A DNA stretch of 64,000 nucleotides from a virus (lineage: Duplodnaviria; Caudoviricetes), in IMG/VR virus record IMGVR_UViG_3300010163_000012, positions 37,804-101,803 of that record. One strand, 5' to 3'. Shown one piece after another: positions 9,011 to 19,530 of this stretch (positions are counted from its first letter, which is position 1; every line of letters begins with the position of its first letter). The translations under genes and the position numbers were made by a program. Below the pieces are notes generated by a model that was not told where the DNA came from, did not search any database, and saw nothing but the letters and a program-made list of their open reading frames with translations.

Positions 9011-10345
9011 ATGGCATTAGGAAATGTTTTTATGAGAGACACGGACGGCAATATCCCTGTATTGCGCTCCAACACCATTGAAAATGTGTGTGGTCTCATT
9101 TTCGACATCTCTGGTCAGACTAACTTCTGGACTACCGGCGGTGGTGCAAATATCGCAGATACATGGAAGGACAAGGTGATAGAGTTGAATAGCCTCAATG
9201 ATGCAATTGAAGCTGGAATTACCGCTTATACTGGAGAAGTTGACAGCGAAACCGGTGCCAGCACCGATGTATTGGCAGGTATTCCTTACTATCACATTCG
9301 TCAGTTCTTTAATATGGCTGGTGGAAGTGGTCGTCTGTTCGTGATGTTTGCAGATTGTTCTAATGACTGGAACGCTATCATTGAGATGCAGCGTGCAGCC
9401 AGCGGTTCAATCTTCCAGATTGGCGTATGGACAGAGCAGCAACTTTGGACTAAGCCCGATGAAAGTGCTAACGCTTACTCTATCGGTCTTGTCGCCGATA
9501 TTAACCGTGCAGCAGTGGAATTGGCTGATGAGTATTTTGCTCCGGCTTCAATTCTGCTTTGTGCAAACACTTCAAAGGTTAAGGTCGGTACCACAACCAC
9601 CAATCAGGTTGCGATCAGTCAGATTCCTTCTTGTGTTGTGGACGCTCGCTATGTAACTGTGCTTTTGTCTCAGTCTATGGAAGAGGATGTCCGCCGTATG
9701 CAGGCATCGCTTAAATCTACAACTCCTGTCGGCGTTGTGGGACTTGCTCTTGGAACTCTTACACAGGCTGGTGTTGGTGAGTCTATCGGGTGGGTTCGCC
9801 AGTTTGATCTTGTGAACTATGTTCCGGCAATCGAAATGGGATTCGGTGATTCTACTGTTACCGATGGTCTTATCGCCAATGGTTTGAGCTATTCTGCATT
9901 GAGCAAGTCTCAGCTCAACGCACTGGAAGAAGCTGGATATGTGTTTGTTCGCTCTTTCGAGGGCCTGGAGGGGCACACTTACTTTGCTAACGACCATACT
10001 TGTTCTGCCGGTGATTTCTGCACCATTTCACGCAACAGAACAATTAACAAGTCTCGCCGACTCATTCGTATCGCATTGCTTCCTTACGTGAACTCACCTA
10101 TCAAAGTTGACCCCTCTAACGGAAACCTGTCTTCTTCTCAGGTCACTGTTTTTGAGAATCTCCTCAAAGACATCCTGAACGAGATGGAAAGCGCAGAGGA
10201 AATTAGTGGAACTGCTTTCGTAACAGTGCCCGCTGAACAGAATATTCTTGTCACCAAAAAGCTGACCCTCTCGTATGGTATTGTTCCGATGGGCTGTGCA
10301 GAGTCTATTGAGGTTACAGAAGGTCTTTACGTTAGTCAGCAGTAA
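9011..10345 (+). CDS. Contractile tail sheath protein
   Basis: 444 aa. L..LEEAGYVF.R.F.GLEG.TYF.ND.T and I.RNRTINK..R..R..LLP are typical of Bacteroidota phage sheaths. Precedes the tube gene. Confidence 0.8.
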   Translation: MALGNVFMRDTDGNIPVLRSNTIENVCGLIFDISGQTNFWTTGGGANIADTWKDKVIELNSLNDAIEAGITAYTGEVDSETGASTDVLAGIPYYHIRQFFNMAGGSGRLFVMFADCSNDWNAIIEMQRAASGSIFQIGVWTEQQLWTKPDESANAYSIGLVADINRAAVELADEYFAPASILLCANTSKVKVGTTTTNQVAISQIPSCVVDARYVTVLLSQSMEEDVRRMQASLKSTTPVGVVGLALGTLTQAGVGESIGWVRQFDLVNYVPAIEMGFGDSTVTDGLIANGLSYSALSKSQLNALEEAGYVFVRSFEGLEGHTYFANDHTCSAGDFCTISRNRTINKSRRLIRIALLPYVNSPIKVDPSNGNLSSSQVTVFENLLKDILNEMESAEEISGTAFVTVPAEQNILVTKKLTLSYGIVPMGCAESIEVTEGLYVSQQ

Positions 10346-10362
10346 TAAAATTACATACGACA

Positions 10363-10812
10363 ATGATTATAAACAACGTAGCCTATTCGTGGGCAATGGT
10401 TCAGCTGACCTCTTTGGCTCTTACTGGGTCAGCAAATCCCAACCCCATTATTCTTCAGGGCGTGACCGCTATTAAGTGGAACAAGAAGAAGAAGGTTGAG
10501 ACCAACTATGGTCTTGGAGGAGAGCCGGTCAACCGTGGTTTTGGTAACACTGAGTACACCGCTCAGATTACGATGGACTATAATACCCAGGTTCAGTTGC
10601 GAGCACTCAAAGGTTCTTTGATGGCTCTTGGTGAATTTGATCTTGTATTGTCCTTCGCAAACGAGTACAACACTCAGGACTTCTCTACGGAAACCGTTAC
10701 TCTGAAGGGTTGTCTTTTTAATGAGGACGGCATGGAGGTGTCTCAGGATGATACCAACATCACGAAAGAGTTCGAGCTTAACCCCTTCAAGATTGAACTG
10801 AGCACTAAATAA
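10363..10812 (+). CDS. Tail tube protein
   Basis: 149 aa. IN..AYSW, YG.G.EP..RG.GN and TLKGC.F.ED patterns. Lies between sheath and chaperone. Confidence 0.8.
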   Translation: MIINNVAYSWAMVQLTSLALTGSANPNPIILQGVTAIKWNKKKKVETNYGLGGEPVNRGFGNTEYTAQITMDYNTQVQLRALKGSLMALGEFDLVLSFANEYNTQDFSTETVTLKGCLFNEDGMEVSQDDTNITKEFELNPFKIELSTK

Positions 10813-10844
10813 TTTTCTTCCATAGGATTTATTAGAGTGAATGG

Positions 10845-10880
10845 ATGCGGCATCAGTAATAATTCTGGTGTCGCATTTTT
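10845..10880 (+). terminator. Rho-independent terminator after tube gene
   Basis: ATGCGGCATCAG / CTGGTGTCGCAT stem (with G-U pairs) followed by TTTT. Confidence 0.7.
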
Positions 10881-10915
10881 CTTAAAGATTTTCACTCCTT
10901 TGAATAAGTGATGCC

Positions 10916-10931
10916 CTATTCTTTACTGAAG
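10916..10931 (+). promoter_or_regulatory. Putative late-promoter motif upstream of tail chaperone
   Basis: CTATTCTTTACTGAAG, with TTTCACTC at 10890-10897, just after a terminator. Confidence 0.5.
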
Positions 10932-10954
10932 ATAACTTTAATTACAAATAAATT

Positions 10955-11350
10955 ATGGAAGAGAAAGAAACTTTTGAGCTTCAGACAATCGAAGAAATCG
11001 ATCCTAAGCTCCGTGCTGCTGTCGAGAAGAAGGTTGCAGAATTGAAAGCAAACAACCCCAAGGCAAAGATTTTCCCGCTCATGGTGGACGGTGATCAGGA
11101 TGATGAGAAGGAAGTATATGTTGGCTATTTTTGTCAGCCTTCGTTCATTACGTTCTCCAAGTACATGACTTTCGCACAGAAAGACCAGGCATCTGCAATG
11201 CGTCAGCTTGCACGCGACTGTTTCTTGGATGGCGACAAGGAACTTATTGATGACGACTCTCTGTTCCTTTTCGGTCTTATGGGCCAGTTGAACAACATCA
11301 TCCAGATGCGTGGTGGTCGTGTCATAAATTTATCGAAACCTGGGAAGTAA
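10955..11350 (+). CDS. Tail assembly chaperone (lambda gpG analogue)
   Basis: Between tube and tape-measure genes, with slippery site A AAT TTA near the 3' end. Confidence 0.8.
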   Translation: MEEKETFELQTIEEIDPKLRAAVEKKVAELKANNPKAKIFPLMVDGDQDDEKEVYVGYFCQPSFITFSKYMTFAQKDQASAMRQLARDCFLDGDKELIDDDSLFLFGLMGQLNNIIQMRGGRVINLSKPGK

Positions 11351-11517
11351 GAGAGGACGATTATTTTCGTCAAAAGATAATCCTCTTGCGACATTACTTT
11401 CCAGGCGTTAATATCGACGATCTTGACGAAGAAGAATTTGCCAGACTTGTCTGTGATGCAGAATGGATGCACAGCCAAATGGTCATAACAAGACATGCAA
11501 ATGCTTTAGGATTGTAA
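11326..11517 (+). CDS. -1 frameshift extension of the tail chaperone (gpGT analogue; not in the ORF track)
   Basis: A AAT TTA at 11326-11332. The -1 frame reads IETWEVREDDYFRQKIILLRHYFPGVNIDDLDEEEFARLVCDAEWMHSQMVITRHANALGL* with no start of its own. Downstream stem 11339-11350 / 11394-11405. Confidence 0.8.
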   Translation, partial: KFIETWEVREDDYFRQKIILLRHYFPGVNIDDLDEEEFARLVCDAEWMHSQMVITRHANALGL

Positions 11518-11534
11518 TTAGATAACTCGTTAAA

Positions 11535-11574
11535 AACCCCGTTACAAATATCGCGTAACGGGGTTCATCTTTTC
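11535..11574 (+). terminator. Hairpin/terminator after chaperone genes
   Basis: AACCCCGTTAC (11535-11545) / GTAACGGGGTT (11555-11565), perfect inverted repeat, then CATCTTTT. Confidence 0.6.
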
Positions 11575-11595
11575 CCCATGTTCCACCTCCTATCT

Positions 11596-11611
11596 CTATT
11601 CTTTGTAAAAG
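11596..11611 (+). promoter_or_regulatory. Putative late-promoter motif upstream of tape measure gene
   Basis: CTATTCTTTGTAAAAG, 28 nt before the ATG. Confidence 0.55.
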
Positions 11612-11623
11612 ACTGATTCGATT

Positions 11624-14600
11624 ATGACCGGACAAACATATCAAGTCAATTACATAGTTAACGTTGACGCAGCCAACGCTCAATCCGCGATAAATTCATT
11701 TAAGCGTGCTGTTTCGTCAATGGATAAGGCTACGAAACCCATTACTGACTTACAGCGTAAAGTTCGTGGCCTCGTAGATACTATGAGTGCGCTTAATCGG
11801 GGAAAATACTCGGTAAAGTTAGACACTCGTCCAGCAACTCAAAAGATTGGTAAGCTGATTCGGGCTTTGCAAATGGCCAGAGCCGAAGTACAGCAATTAA
11901 ATGCAATGGGAGTAACTTTAGGCAGCACTGGTAGCAAGAAGAAAACAGCGTCTCATACTGCTACTTCCGCCGCCCCTGTTGGTGGCTCACGTACAAGAAC
12001 AACGTCATCACGTTCATCTGGCACGACCACGGCGGCTTCCAGACGTTATGCTACTTCTGTGATGCGACATCCAACCAATCTTGGGTATAAGCTTTGGGGA
12101 CCAACGCCGCTTCCTAACAATGGAGGTATGGCCATTGATATGCTCAAAGGTATGGGCATCGCTTATGGTATTTCTGGAGCCGGTATGCTCATTTCTGATG
12201 TTGTCAACCAAGCTTCGGAGTACGATAATGCGATGAAGACTGTTGAAAATATCTTAAAGTCACACGATAATGCTGAAAATTTTGCTGGCAGATTTGCACA
12301 AATGACTCAGGTTGTCCGCAATGTTGGTATGAAGACTAAGTTCAAGGTAACGGAAGTTGCTGATGCAGCTAAGTTCCTTGCTATGGCCGGTTTCAATGTA
12401 GATGCCATCCAGCAAGCCATTAGTCCTATTGCTGATATTGCATTGGTTGGTGATACAGAACTTGGTAAAACCGCTGATTTGGTCACAAATATTATGACTG
12501 CTTATAATATCGCGCCCAGTAAAATGCGTAATGCAGCAGATATTATGACCAATACATTTACGATGTCCAATACGACTTTGACAGAAATTGCCGAAGCTTA
12601 TAAATATGCGGCTTCACTTCTATCTGCTGGTAATGTATCTTTTGAAGAAGCTACGGCTGCTATTGGTGTACTGGGAGATGCTGGTATTAAAGGTTCCCAA
12701 GCTGGTACCACCATGCGTACCATTATGGCAAACATAGCGAATCCAACAAAAAAGCAACGGGCTGGGTGGGAAGATATAGGAATTAGTCTTACAGATAAAA
12801 ATGGGCAAAGAAAAGATATACTTCAGATATTTCAGGAACTTCACGATAAGAATCTGGATGTCGATGCTTATTATCGTATTTTCCATAAAACAGCTGCTTC
12901 TGGAGCAGTAGCTCTCGCGGCTCATGCAGATAAATGGGAAGAAGTTTATTTAGAGAACTTCTTGGCTGGAGGTATGACTCGTCGATTAGCCGAAGAAAAG
13001 CAAAATACATTCCAGGGTTTGTTGGCACAGTTGGAGTCTGTATTTATAGACCAAGGAGTGACTGCATTTAATGGTGTACAAGGTGCTTTACGTGGATGGA
13101 TAAAGTCAGCAATCAATTGGATGGATCCAAACAAAAGCCCCGATGCGCAGAAGGTATTCAAAGAAATAGCCAATAGCTTGATGGAGTTCATCCAAATTTT
13201 AATTGATGCTTCCAAATGGTTCGTTTGGTTTTTTGATAAATTTGGTGGAATCGTTAAAATATGGGCTAAGTTTCAGTTGATGATTTGGCCAGTAGTCAAG
13301 GCTGTAACTGCTTTTAGAAGTGTATTTCTTGGACTTTTAGGGTTAAGAAAGGTTGGCAGCGTACTTATAGGTTTTTCCAGCATTTTGGGCAATCTCAACA
13401 AAAAATTTCTCGTTTTGGGCGCCACGTTAAGACAAGGAGGATGGTTTAAGCAAGGGATAGGTCGCATAGTAACTTTTCTTGGTAACACGACTCCTGTAGC
13501 AGCACCAGGAAGTGCGTCAAGTGTTATCCAAGCATCTCCATTTGGTTTTTCGGCAGGTATGGCCGGATTCGCTCCGTTGTCATATAAACAATATATCAAA
13601 GCAGCTAAAGGGTTGGATTTGTCCAGACCTCATGCTTCGACCAGTGGCTATTACCTTAATAGAATAGACAATCTTGGAAGAGAGGCTGAAGTAGCTGCTT
13701 GGAACTCCGGTGTATATGCCAATCGACAGGCTGAAGACAAAGCCGCACTTGACCGATATAAGCAGAATCAGAGGACGTTCAATAAGCGTGTTCGTAACAT
13801 GCAAATAAAAAATGGTCTTATCGGTTTTGGTAAAATGGGTATTGGTGCTGCCAGTATGATGCTTGGTATGCACCAGATGACTAAAGAAAATGCAAATAGC
13901 TTGGATGTCGCCTCAGGTGGGCTTTTCGGTGCAGCTGGAATGGCTGCAATGGTCGGAGGCCCAGTTGGATGGATAGCTGCTGCTGGTTTAGCCTTGGGTG
14001 GATTGGGAACTGCTTTAGGTAGCTTTATACAAAATCTCAATGCACTTTCAGGATTTGTTGATAAATTCTCAAGTAGTCATCAGCTCCTTGATGGCGTTCT
14101 TTTGAATGGGAATACTCGTACAGAGCGTTACCTTGAGTTTGTATGGCGTAAGAACTACGATATAAATGGCCTCATTCACCGTCGTATCGAGCTGATGAAG
14201 GAGCTTCTTGGTATTGAGACGCCAAATGCTACTACTACAAAAGATGTAGGTAATGAAGTGTATAAAACTATGTATGAAAAGTTTTATGCAGCTGATTCCA
14301 TCTGGGGTAGTAGTGGTGCTGCATCTCGTGCCGCAGAACTCTTTAATAAATATGGGAAAGAATTTGGTTTGTCTATTGACAATCATCAAGAAATATATAG
14401 CTATGATTCGCATGGCAACCCAATCACTCGTAGTTATTGGGCATATAAAGACGCTGATGGGAATATAATTAAGTTCAATAATCCTGATGGTACATCAGAT
14501 ACCAATGATGCTGTAATGTATGACGTTGCCGCTGCAATGGAGATGTTGCATGGCCAATATCGTTCTAAGATTATTGATGAAAATCAGCATCGTTTAGCTC

Positions 14601-15931
14601 AAATTCTTTACGGCAAAGCAACTGCCGAAGACGCTAAGAATTGGCGCGACACATTTGCTGCCACATACGGCCCCTCTTCATGGGCGGCTTTAATTCGTCC
14701 AGACCAATGGAATGAAGATACAGATGTCGCTAAATACTGGTCAGGAGAAGATATAGCCAAATCATACATGGGTGCTCAACTTCTTTGGAAGTCTATGTAC
14801 CAAATGGTTGAAGCTCAAAATGCTATAGCAGATTTCAAGGCGAAGATGGAATCTGGAAATCTCACTGAGAACGATATTGTAAGAGCCCTTAGATGGGGCG
14901 ACTATGATATTCTCGGACAGACACTTGCCGATTATAATCCGAATGACATTTACGGGTGGTATCGTAATCTTGGATATTATGGAAATGGTGTTTGGAGAGA
15001 TCCATCAGGCCGTGAGACCCCGGAAGTTATGGCTCAGACCGCAGCCGGACAAATGCAGCGTTTGTTGGAATCCATACAAAAGTTAGGATTAGAGTCTGAT
15101 CCTTCCGCCGAAGCACTTCAGACATACGCAAACACTCTTTTGACCCTCGCCCAGTCATTTATCGGTCAGAATGAGGCAATATCCGGTGCGTATGAAGGTG
15201 AAATAAAAGAACTTAATGGTCAGAAATGGCGTTGGAACGCAAAAACAAAATCATGGGAGTTGATAGACGACAATAATCAGCCTGCCCAGATTTCGCAAGG
15301 TTTGGTCGATATGTCAAACAATATGAATACATTGTTGACCACTCTCCAAAACGCCAATGAGCAGTGGCCTACTTTATGGCCGGTAGTATCTCAGGACAGC
15401 AATGGGTCTGGATATATATATAATTCGAGTAGCCCGTTTGATTGGGGTGCTTCTACTGGAAGTGGACCGGTTACAACAAATGCAATGTTATGGAATCCAT
15501 TATCAGTGTCTTCTACCGGAAATAATTCTCCTTGGATGTTTCCGTGGGCAACCGGGAAGAATTTATTAACTCCAACCATGAATTACACTACTACTGGTGT
15601 AACAATGACGCCTCAGCAGATGGGCAATGCCGTTGTAAAACCTAATACGACAGGCGTGCATGCTCCGACCAAAAACAATCATAACAGATACACGGGTAAT
15701 AATAGGCATAATGGTACAAGAACATCTGATTACAAGTCTCATCAAAGGGAACGTGCAATTCCTAAACAGATCAACATCAATATTCAAAATTTGATGAAGG
15801 TAGATTCAATTGATTTGACCAACGCCGATAACGTTGCCATAATTGATAGAATGAAACGTGAAGTTGCCTATGCACTCTATGAAGCCGCTGCTGACGGCAC
15901 CATGATGCTGAATGGCCTTTCAAATACATAA
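11624..15931 (+). CDS. Tail tape measure protein (TP901-type core)
   Basis: 1435 aa. T.F...EVADAAKFLAMAGF and A.IGVLGDAGIKGSQAGT.MR core motifs, plus Gly/Ala-rich hydrophobic segments. Confidence 0.92.
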   Translation: MTGQTYQVNYIVNVDAANAQSAINSFKRAVSSMDKATKPITDLQRKVRGLVDTMSALNRGKYSVKLDTRPATQKIGKLIRALQMARAEVQQLNAMGVTLGSTGSKKKTASHTATSAAPVGGSRTRTTSSRSSGTTTAASRRYATSVMRHPTNLGYKLWGPTPLPNNGGMAIDMLKGMGIAYGISGAGMLISDVVNQASEYDNAMKTVENILKSHDNAENFAGRFAQMTQVVRNVGMKTKFKVTEVADAAKFLAMAGFNVDAIQQAISPIADIALVGDTELGKTADLVTNIMTAYNIAPSKMRNAADIMTNTFTMSNTTLTEIAEAYKYAASLLSAGNVSFEEATAAIGVLGDAGIKGSQAGTTMRTIMANIANPTKKQRAGWEDIGISLTDKNGQRKDILQIFQELHDKNLDVDAYYRIFHKTAASGAVALAAHADKWEEVYLENFLAGGMTRRLAEEKQNTFQGLLAQLESVFIDQGVTAFNGVQGALRGWIKSAINWMDPNKSPDAQKVFKEIANSLMEFIQILIDASKWFVWFFDKFGGIVKIWAKFQLMIWPVVKAVTAFRSVFLGLLGLRKVGSVLIGFSSILGNLNKKFLVLGATLRQGGWFKQGIGRIVTFLGNTTPVAAPGSASSVIQASPFGFSAGMAGFAPLSYKQYIKAAKGLDLSRPHASTSGYYLNRIDNLGREAEVAAWNSGVYANRQAEDKAALDRYKQNQRTFNKRVRNMQIKNGLIGFGKMGIGAASMMLGMHQMTKENANSLDVASGGLFGAAGMAAMVGGPVGWIAAAGLALGGLGTALGSFIQNLNALSGFVDKFSSSHQLLDGVLLNGNTRTERYLEFVWRKNYDINGLIHRRIELMKELLGIETPNATTTKDVGNEVYKTMYEKFYAADSIWGSSGAASRAAELFNKYGKEFGLSIDNHQEIYSYDSHGNPITRSYWAYKDADGNIIKFNNPDGTSDTNDAVMYDVAAAMEMLHGQYRSKIIDENQHRLAQILYGKATAEDAKNWRDTFAATYGPSSWAALIRPDQWNEDTDVAKYWSGEDIAKSYMGAQLLWKSMYQMVEAQNAIADFKAKMESGNLTENDIVRALRWGDYDILGQTLADYNPNDIYGWYRNLGYYGNGVWRDPSGRETPEVMAQTAAGQMQRLLESIQKLGLESDPSAEALQTYANTLLTLAQSFIGQNEAISGAYEGEIKELNGQKWRWNAKTKSWELIDDNNQPAQISQGLVDMSNNMNTLLTTLQNANEQWPTLWPVVSQDSNGSGYIYNSSSPFDWGASTGSGPVTTNAMLWNPLSVSSTGNNSPWMFPWATGKNLLTPTMNYTTTGVTMTPQQMGNAVVKPNTTGVHAPTKNNHNRYTGNNRHNGTRTSDYKSHQRERAIPKQININIQNLMKVDSIDLTNADNVAIIDRMKREVAYALYEAAADGTMMLNGLSNT

Positions 15932-15934
15932 TAT

Positions 15935-17050
15935 ATGGGGTACTTTGATAGTGTATGGTCTAATCTTGCTTTTAATGCAGGAAATGCGACCTCTGAATTG
16001 GTAAGCAGCCTTAATTGGCGTTATCAGAAAACACAAGGCGGCATTAAATATGTTTCCAGATCCGCGTATAAAAGTGCTTTGGTTCATGTAGCCAAACAGC
16101 TTGCCATGTCAACCTTAGAGGGGGAATTGAATAGTCTTCTTCCAAGATATGAAAAGTATGCACGAGATAAGATGAGAGATACGGTGCGTGTTCAGCAAGA
16201 CGCCAATCGTAAAGTGCTTATCAATAATGGCAAAAAGTCCACAGAGGGTTTCGGGTTTATTATATGCGAAGGTGGTCATAAACTTATCGCTAAAACCAAA
16301 TATGGGACTCCAGTTCCTGAAGCTCTCATATTGTCTTTCGATGACCAAGAAAAAGTACATTATGATGATGTGCTTTGGGATGAAAACTCGGTAGAATCTT
16401 ATACCATTAAGAAGAAAAGTACACTTGAAAAACTGTGGAATCCTGGTAACGAAATTGAGCACAATCTTCAGTCTCATAAAGCAGACCCTTTTGATACAAA
16501 GACAGTATTCCATATTGACCTTGCGCCAAAGGTGTCAATGAGCAGTGGTAAAAATATCATTTTGACTCAAGTACAAGGCAGAGATTTTACCAGAAAAGAG
16601 CTTGTTTCTGGCGGCGATATGACATATAACATAAGTGGTTCTATTGTATCAGACGATGAAGGCGTGTACCCCACTGAAGCGGTTAAACGCTTTGTAAAAA
16701 TCATGCAATACAATGGGATTGTGAATGTGAATTTTATCACATTCGGATTGCTTGGTGTAACTCGTGTGATTATTAAAGATTTCTCGTTGGATGCTATAGA
16801 ATACAAAAACATTCAACCTTATAGCTTTACGTGCGTTGCAGTTGAACCTGATGACGCTATCACTATCAAGGCTGATACAATTGCTGCAATCAATAGAGAC
16901 CTTGCTGAATCCCAATGGGACACTTGGTATAAGGCCATTCTTGACAATAAATTGGCCCAAATGGCAGCTAAGACTGTTTTGAATGTCGCTACCAGTACAA
17001 CATCCTCATTAACCGGTGCCGGTCTCGACGCATTACTTCCTAATATCTAA
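15935..17050 (+). CDS. Baseplate/tail-tube initiator protein (DUF6046-like)
   Basis: Follows the tape measure gene. KNII.TQVQGRD.T.KEL.S.GD....I.G and Q.YSF.C motifs. Confidence 0.6.
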   Translation: MGYFDSVWSNLAFNAGNATSELVSSLNWRYQKTQGGIKYVSRSAYKSALVHVAKQLAMSTLEGELNSLLPRYEKYARDKMRDTVRVQQDANRKVLINNGKKSTEGFGFIICEGGHKLIAKTKYGTPVPEALILSFDDQEKVHYDDVLWDENSVESYTIKKKSTLEKLWNPGNEIEHNLQSHKADPFDTKTVFHIDLAPKVSMSSGKNIILTQVQGRDFTRKELVSGGDMTYNISGSIVSDDEGVYPTEAVKRFVKIMQYNGIVNVNFITFGLLGVTRVIIKDFSLDAIEYKNIQPYSFTCVAVEPDDAITIKADTIAAINRDLAESQWDTWYKAILDNKLAQMAAKTVLNVATSTTSSLTGAGLDALLPNI

Positions 17051-17054
17051 AATT

Positions 17055-18548
17055 ATGGCGGATTTCGATACAAATAAACAACCTGGCTATCACATCCTAA
17101 TTTCTTTAATTGAGGTATGGACACCGAAAGATAAGAAAAAGCCCAATGGTGAGGCTAACGGAGATATTATGCGTATTTGTGAAGTTGAGGAGGTGCAAAT
17201 TGAGGAATCATTCAAGAAACTGATCGGCACTGCTTCGGTGCGATTTCCGCGAGGTACCATTATTCGCAAGACCGTCACTGCCAGAACAGCGGAGAAGGAG
17301 AAAGACTTTCAGAAAATTAGCGTTAGCCTTTCAAATAGTGGTGTGGTTGAAGAAACTCGCACGGAAACTTCAGTAGCATCTGTTGATACTTTCAAAGTGG
17401 GACAGCGTATCAAGATTTATCTTGGATACACTACGGACCCGCTTGTAGCAGAAATGGCTAAAACTGGGAACACCGGTAAAACCATTTATAATGATAACGA
17501 CACCTACAAAGAGTATTTATCTAACTTCAAGAACACTGGTCCGGACTCAAAGAAGTATATGAGCCTCATGTTTGATGGGTATATTACAAAAGTTAGTTTG
17601 GACACCCCTATTGAACTGGATTGTGAAAACCTTGCCAGTTATCTGAAGACAATCACTTGTCCGAAAGTCAAGTTAAAAAAATGTGAAGTTAAAGATTTTC
17701 TGGGCGACAAGGGACGATACAAGATGCTTCAGAATACCGGATTGATTTTACATCCAGATACAGCTGGTATGGACTTTGATCTTGGAGCTGTAGAGTTAAG
17801 CACAGAGCTGACTGTTGCTGATGTTTTAACAGAATGGGCAAAATATGGCTTATTTTGTTATGTCAGCGATTACAATGGTCAACCAGCAATTCAGATTGGA
17901 AGGGCTTACTTTTCTAATCCAGGGAAAGACTCGTTGCTGAACGCTACCACAACCCCAGGTGTGGTGCCTATTCATTTTGATTATCATGTAGCGGACAATG
18001 GACTCACATTAACATCCTCCGATAAAGATTTTTTGGCTGTTCAGGCAAAGGGTATATCATCAGATGATAAGTTTATCAACATTACCATATTGAGAAATAC
18101 CAAATATGACCCGGCAAAGCCTGAGTCTAAGAGCAATTCGCGTTATCGATATGTCAATGAAACTAAGCTGAGCAAGAAAGCTTTGAAAGCCGGTAAGCGA
18201 TATTTAACAGACGCCCCTAATGATAAAGTTGACATGAAACTTTACACTCAAATTGCTTTTGTATCTAAAACTATTCCAACCACTATTGAGAAGTTGGCAA
18301 AAGAAGCGATTAAGTATTTTGAAGGTTACAATATGACTGGTATAGAGGGTACATTAACATTGTTTGGCGATTTATGTATTCGTACCGCCCAACAAGTTAA
18401 GTTGATTGACAATAGATACCCTGGAAAGAATGGCACTTACTTAGTTGAAGAAGTCACCACGACTTTTGGCACAAAGGATGGGTTCCGTCAAAAAATCACA
18501 TTGCCGTATTGTATTAAGCGAGAAGGCAATAATAATCAGAAGCAATAA
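17055..18548 (+). CDS. Baseplate hub protein (gpD/Mu P-like)
   Basis: FKVGQRIKIYLGY, FDGYITKV, LDCEN and C-terminal G.LTLFG...D.RYP..NG.Y.VEEV.TTFG..GFRQ.I.L. Start placed at ATG 17055. Confidence 0.7.
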   Translation: MADFDTNKQPGYHILISLIEVWTPKDKKKPNGEANGDIMRICEVEEVQIEESFKKLIGTASVRFPRGTIIRKTVTARTAEKEKDFQKISVSLSNSGVVEETRTETSVASVDTFKVGQRIKIYLGYTTDPLVAEMAKTGNTGKTIYNDNDTYKEYLSNFKNTGPDSKKYMSLMFDGYITKVSLDTPIELDCENLASYLKTITCPKVKLKKCEVKDFLGDKGRYKMLQNTGLILHPDTAGMDFDLGAVELSTELTVADVLTEWAKYGLFCYVSDYNGQPAIQIGRAYFSNPGKDSLLNATTTPGVVPIHFDYHVADNGLTLTSSDKDFLAVQAKGISSDDKFINITILRNTKYDPAKPESKSNSRYRYVNETKLSKKALKAGKRYLTDAPNDKVDMKLYTQIAFVSKTIPTTIEKLAKEAIKYFEGYNMTGIEGTLTLFGDLCIRTAQQVKLIDNRYPGKNGTYLVEEVTTTFGTKDGFRQKITLPYCIKREGNNNQKQ

Positions 18549-18550
18549 CT

Positions 18551-19528
18551 ATGAGCAACAATAATAAAAAGCATTTGACAGACCATTCATCAAATGAGAT
18601 GATACGCGAAGCTATACGTTCTATAGCCTTGAAGGGTATTGTCAATCGTCAAACTGGTGCTGTTAGAGGTACTTCTAAAGTAACAGGGTTCGTTGCTAAA
18701 ATACACACCGATGAAAGCGATGAACTATTTGGAACGATAGATGTACAAGAATATGCAGATTGGTCTATTGCAGAGTCCGAGGATGCAAAAATAGGTTATC
18801 ACGAGGGAGTGCTATTGACAGCCATTCAGAAAGACAATCAAGGATATATTATTATTCCCAAACTGTACTCTGATGTACTTGTTAGTAAAGACTCTGAGAC
18901 CAACAATGAATATGTTACCATGTTCTCTCATGTTGACCTTATTCAGCTTGATTCGCATGAAAAGATTTCGATTGGCGTTAGAGAACGCGAGGAATACAAG
19001 CCTGATGATGAAGACGCTCCTGATATTCATGAATTGGAATTGACCGGCATCCAGACAAATACTACATACGAAAAAGACAAAATTCAAACCACTGTACAAG
19101 GTGAAGAAGACAAGAATAAGGTTTCCCAGACAATTGATAGCACTCAGATAGCTCAGGTTGTAGGAGATGATAAAACATCTTCAACTATGACTCAGGATGG
19201 ATTGAATATCACACACGATAAAACGAAGCTTGACTTAAATGACGATGAAGCTACTTTGACTATGGGTAAATCGAAAGTCAAGGTAGAAGACGGCACTGTT
19301 TACGTGGGCAGTGATAGTGAAACGGATGATGCGGTGCTTGGTCAGCAGTTAGCAACTATTTTATCAGACCTTGTGGGCTATCTTGGACAAATGATGACTC
19401 CGACAATGATGGGGCCGCAACCTCCGGCAAACGTTCTTGGGAGTTTTATTGCACTGAAGGCTAAGATCCAATCGTTTGCTTCCAGTCATAGTGGGTTCTT
19501 AACAAAGAAAGTTCAAATTCAGAAATAG
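18551..19528 (+). CDS. Baseplate spike (gpV/gp5-like)
   Basis: N-terminal OB-like region (IIPKLYSDVLV), beta-repeat middle region, C-terminal AVLG..L...L..L...TMMGP..P tail. Follows the hub. Confidence 0.6.
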   Translation: MSNNNKKHLTDHSSNEMIREAIRSIALKGIVNRQTGAVRGTSKVTGFVAKIHTDESDELFGTIDVQEYADWSIAESEDAKIGYHEGVLLTAIQKDNQGYIIIPKLYSDVLVSKDSETNNEYVTMFSHVDLIQLDSHEKISIGVREREEYKPDDEDAPDIHELELTGIQTNTTYEKDKIQTTVQGEEDKNKVSQTIDSTQIAQVVGDDKTSSTMTQDGLNITHDKTKLDLNDDEATLTMGKSKVKVEDGTVYVGSDSETDDAVLGQQLATILSDLVGYLGQMMTPTMMGPQPPANVLGSFIALKAKIQSFASSHSGFLTKKVQIQK

Positions 19529-19530
19529 TT

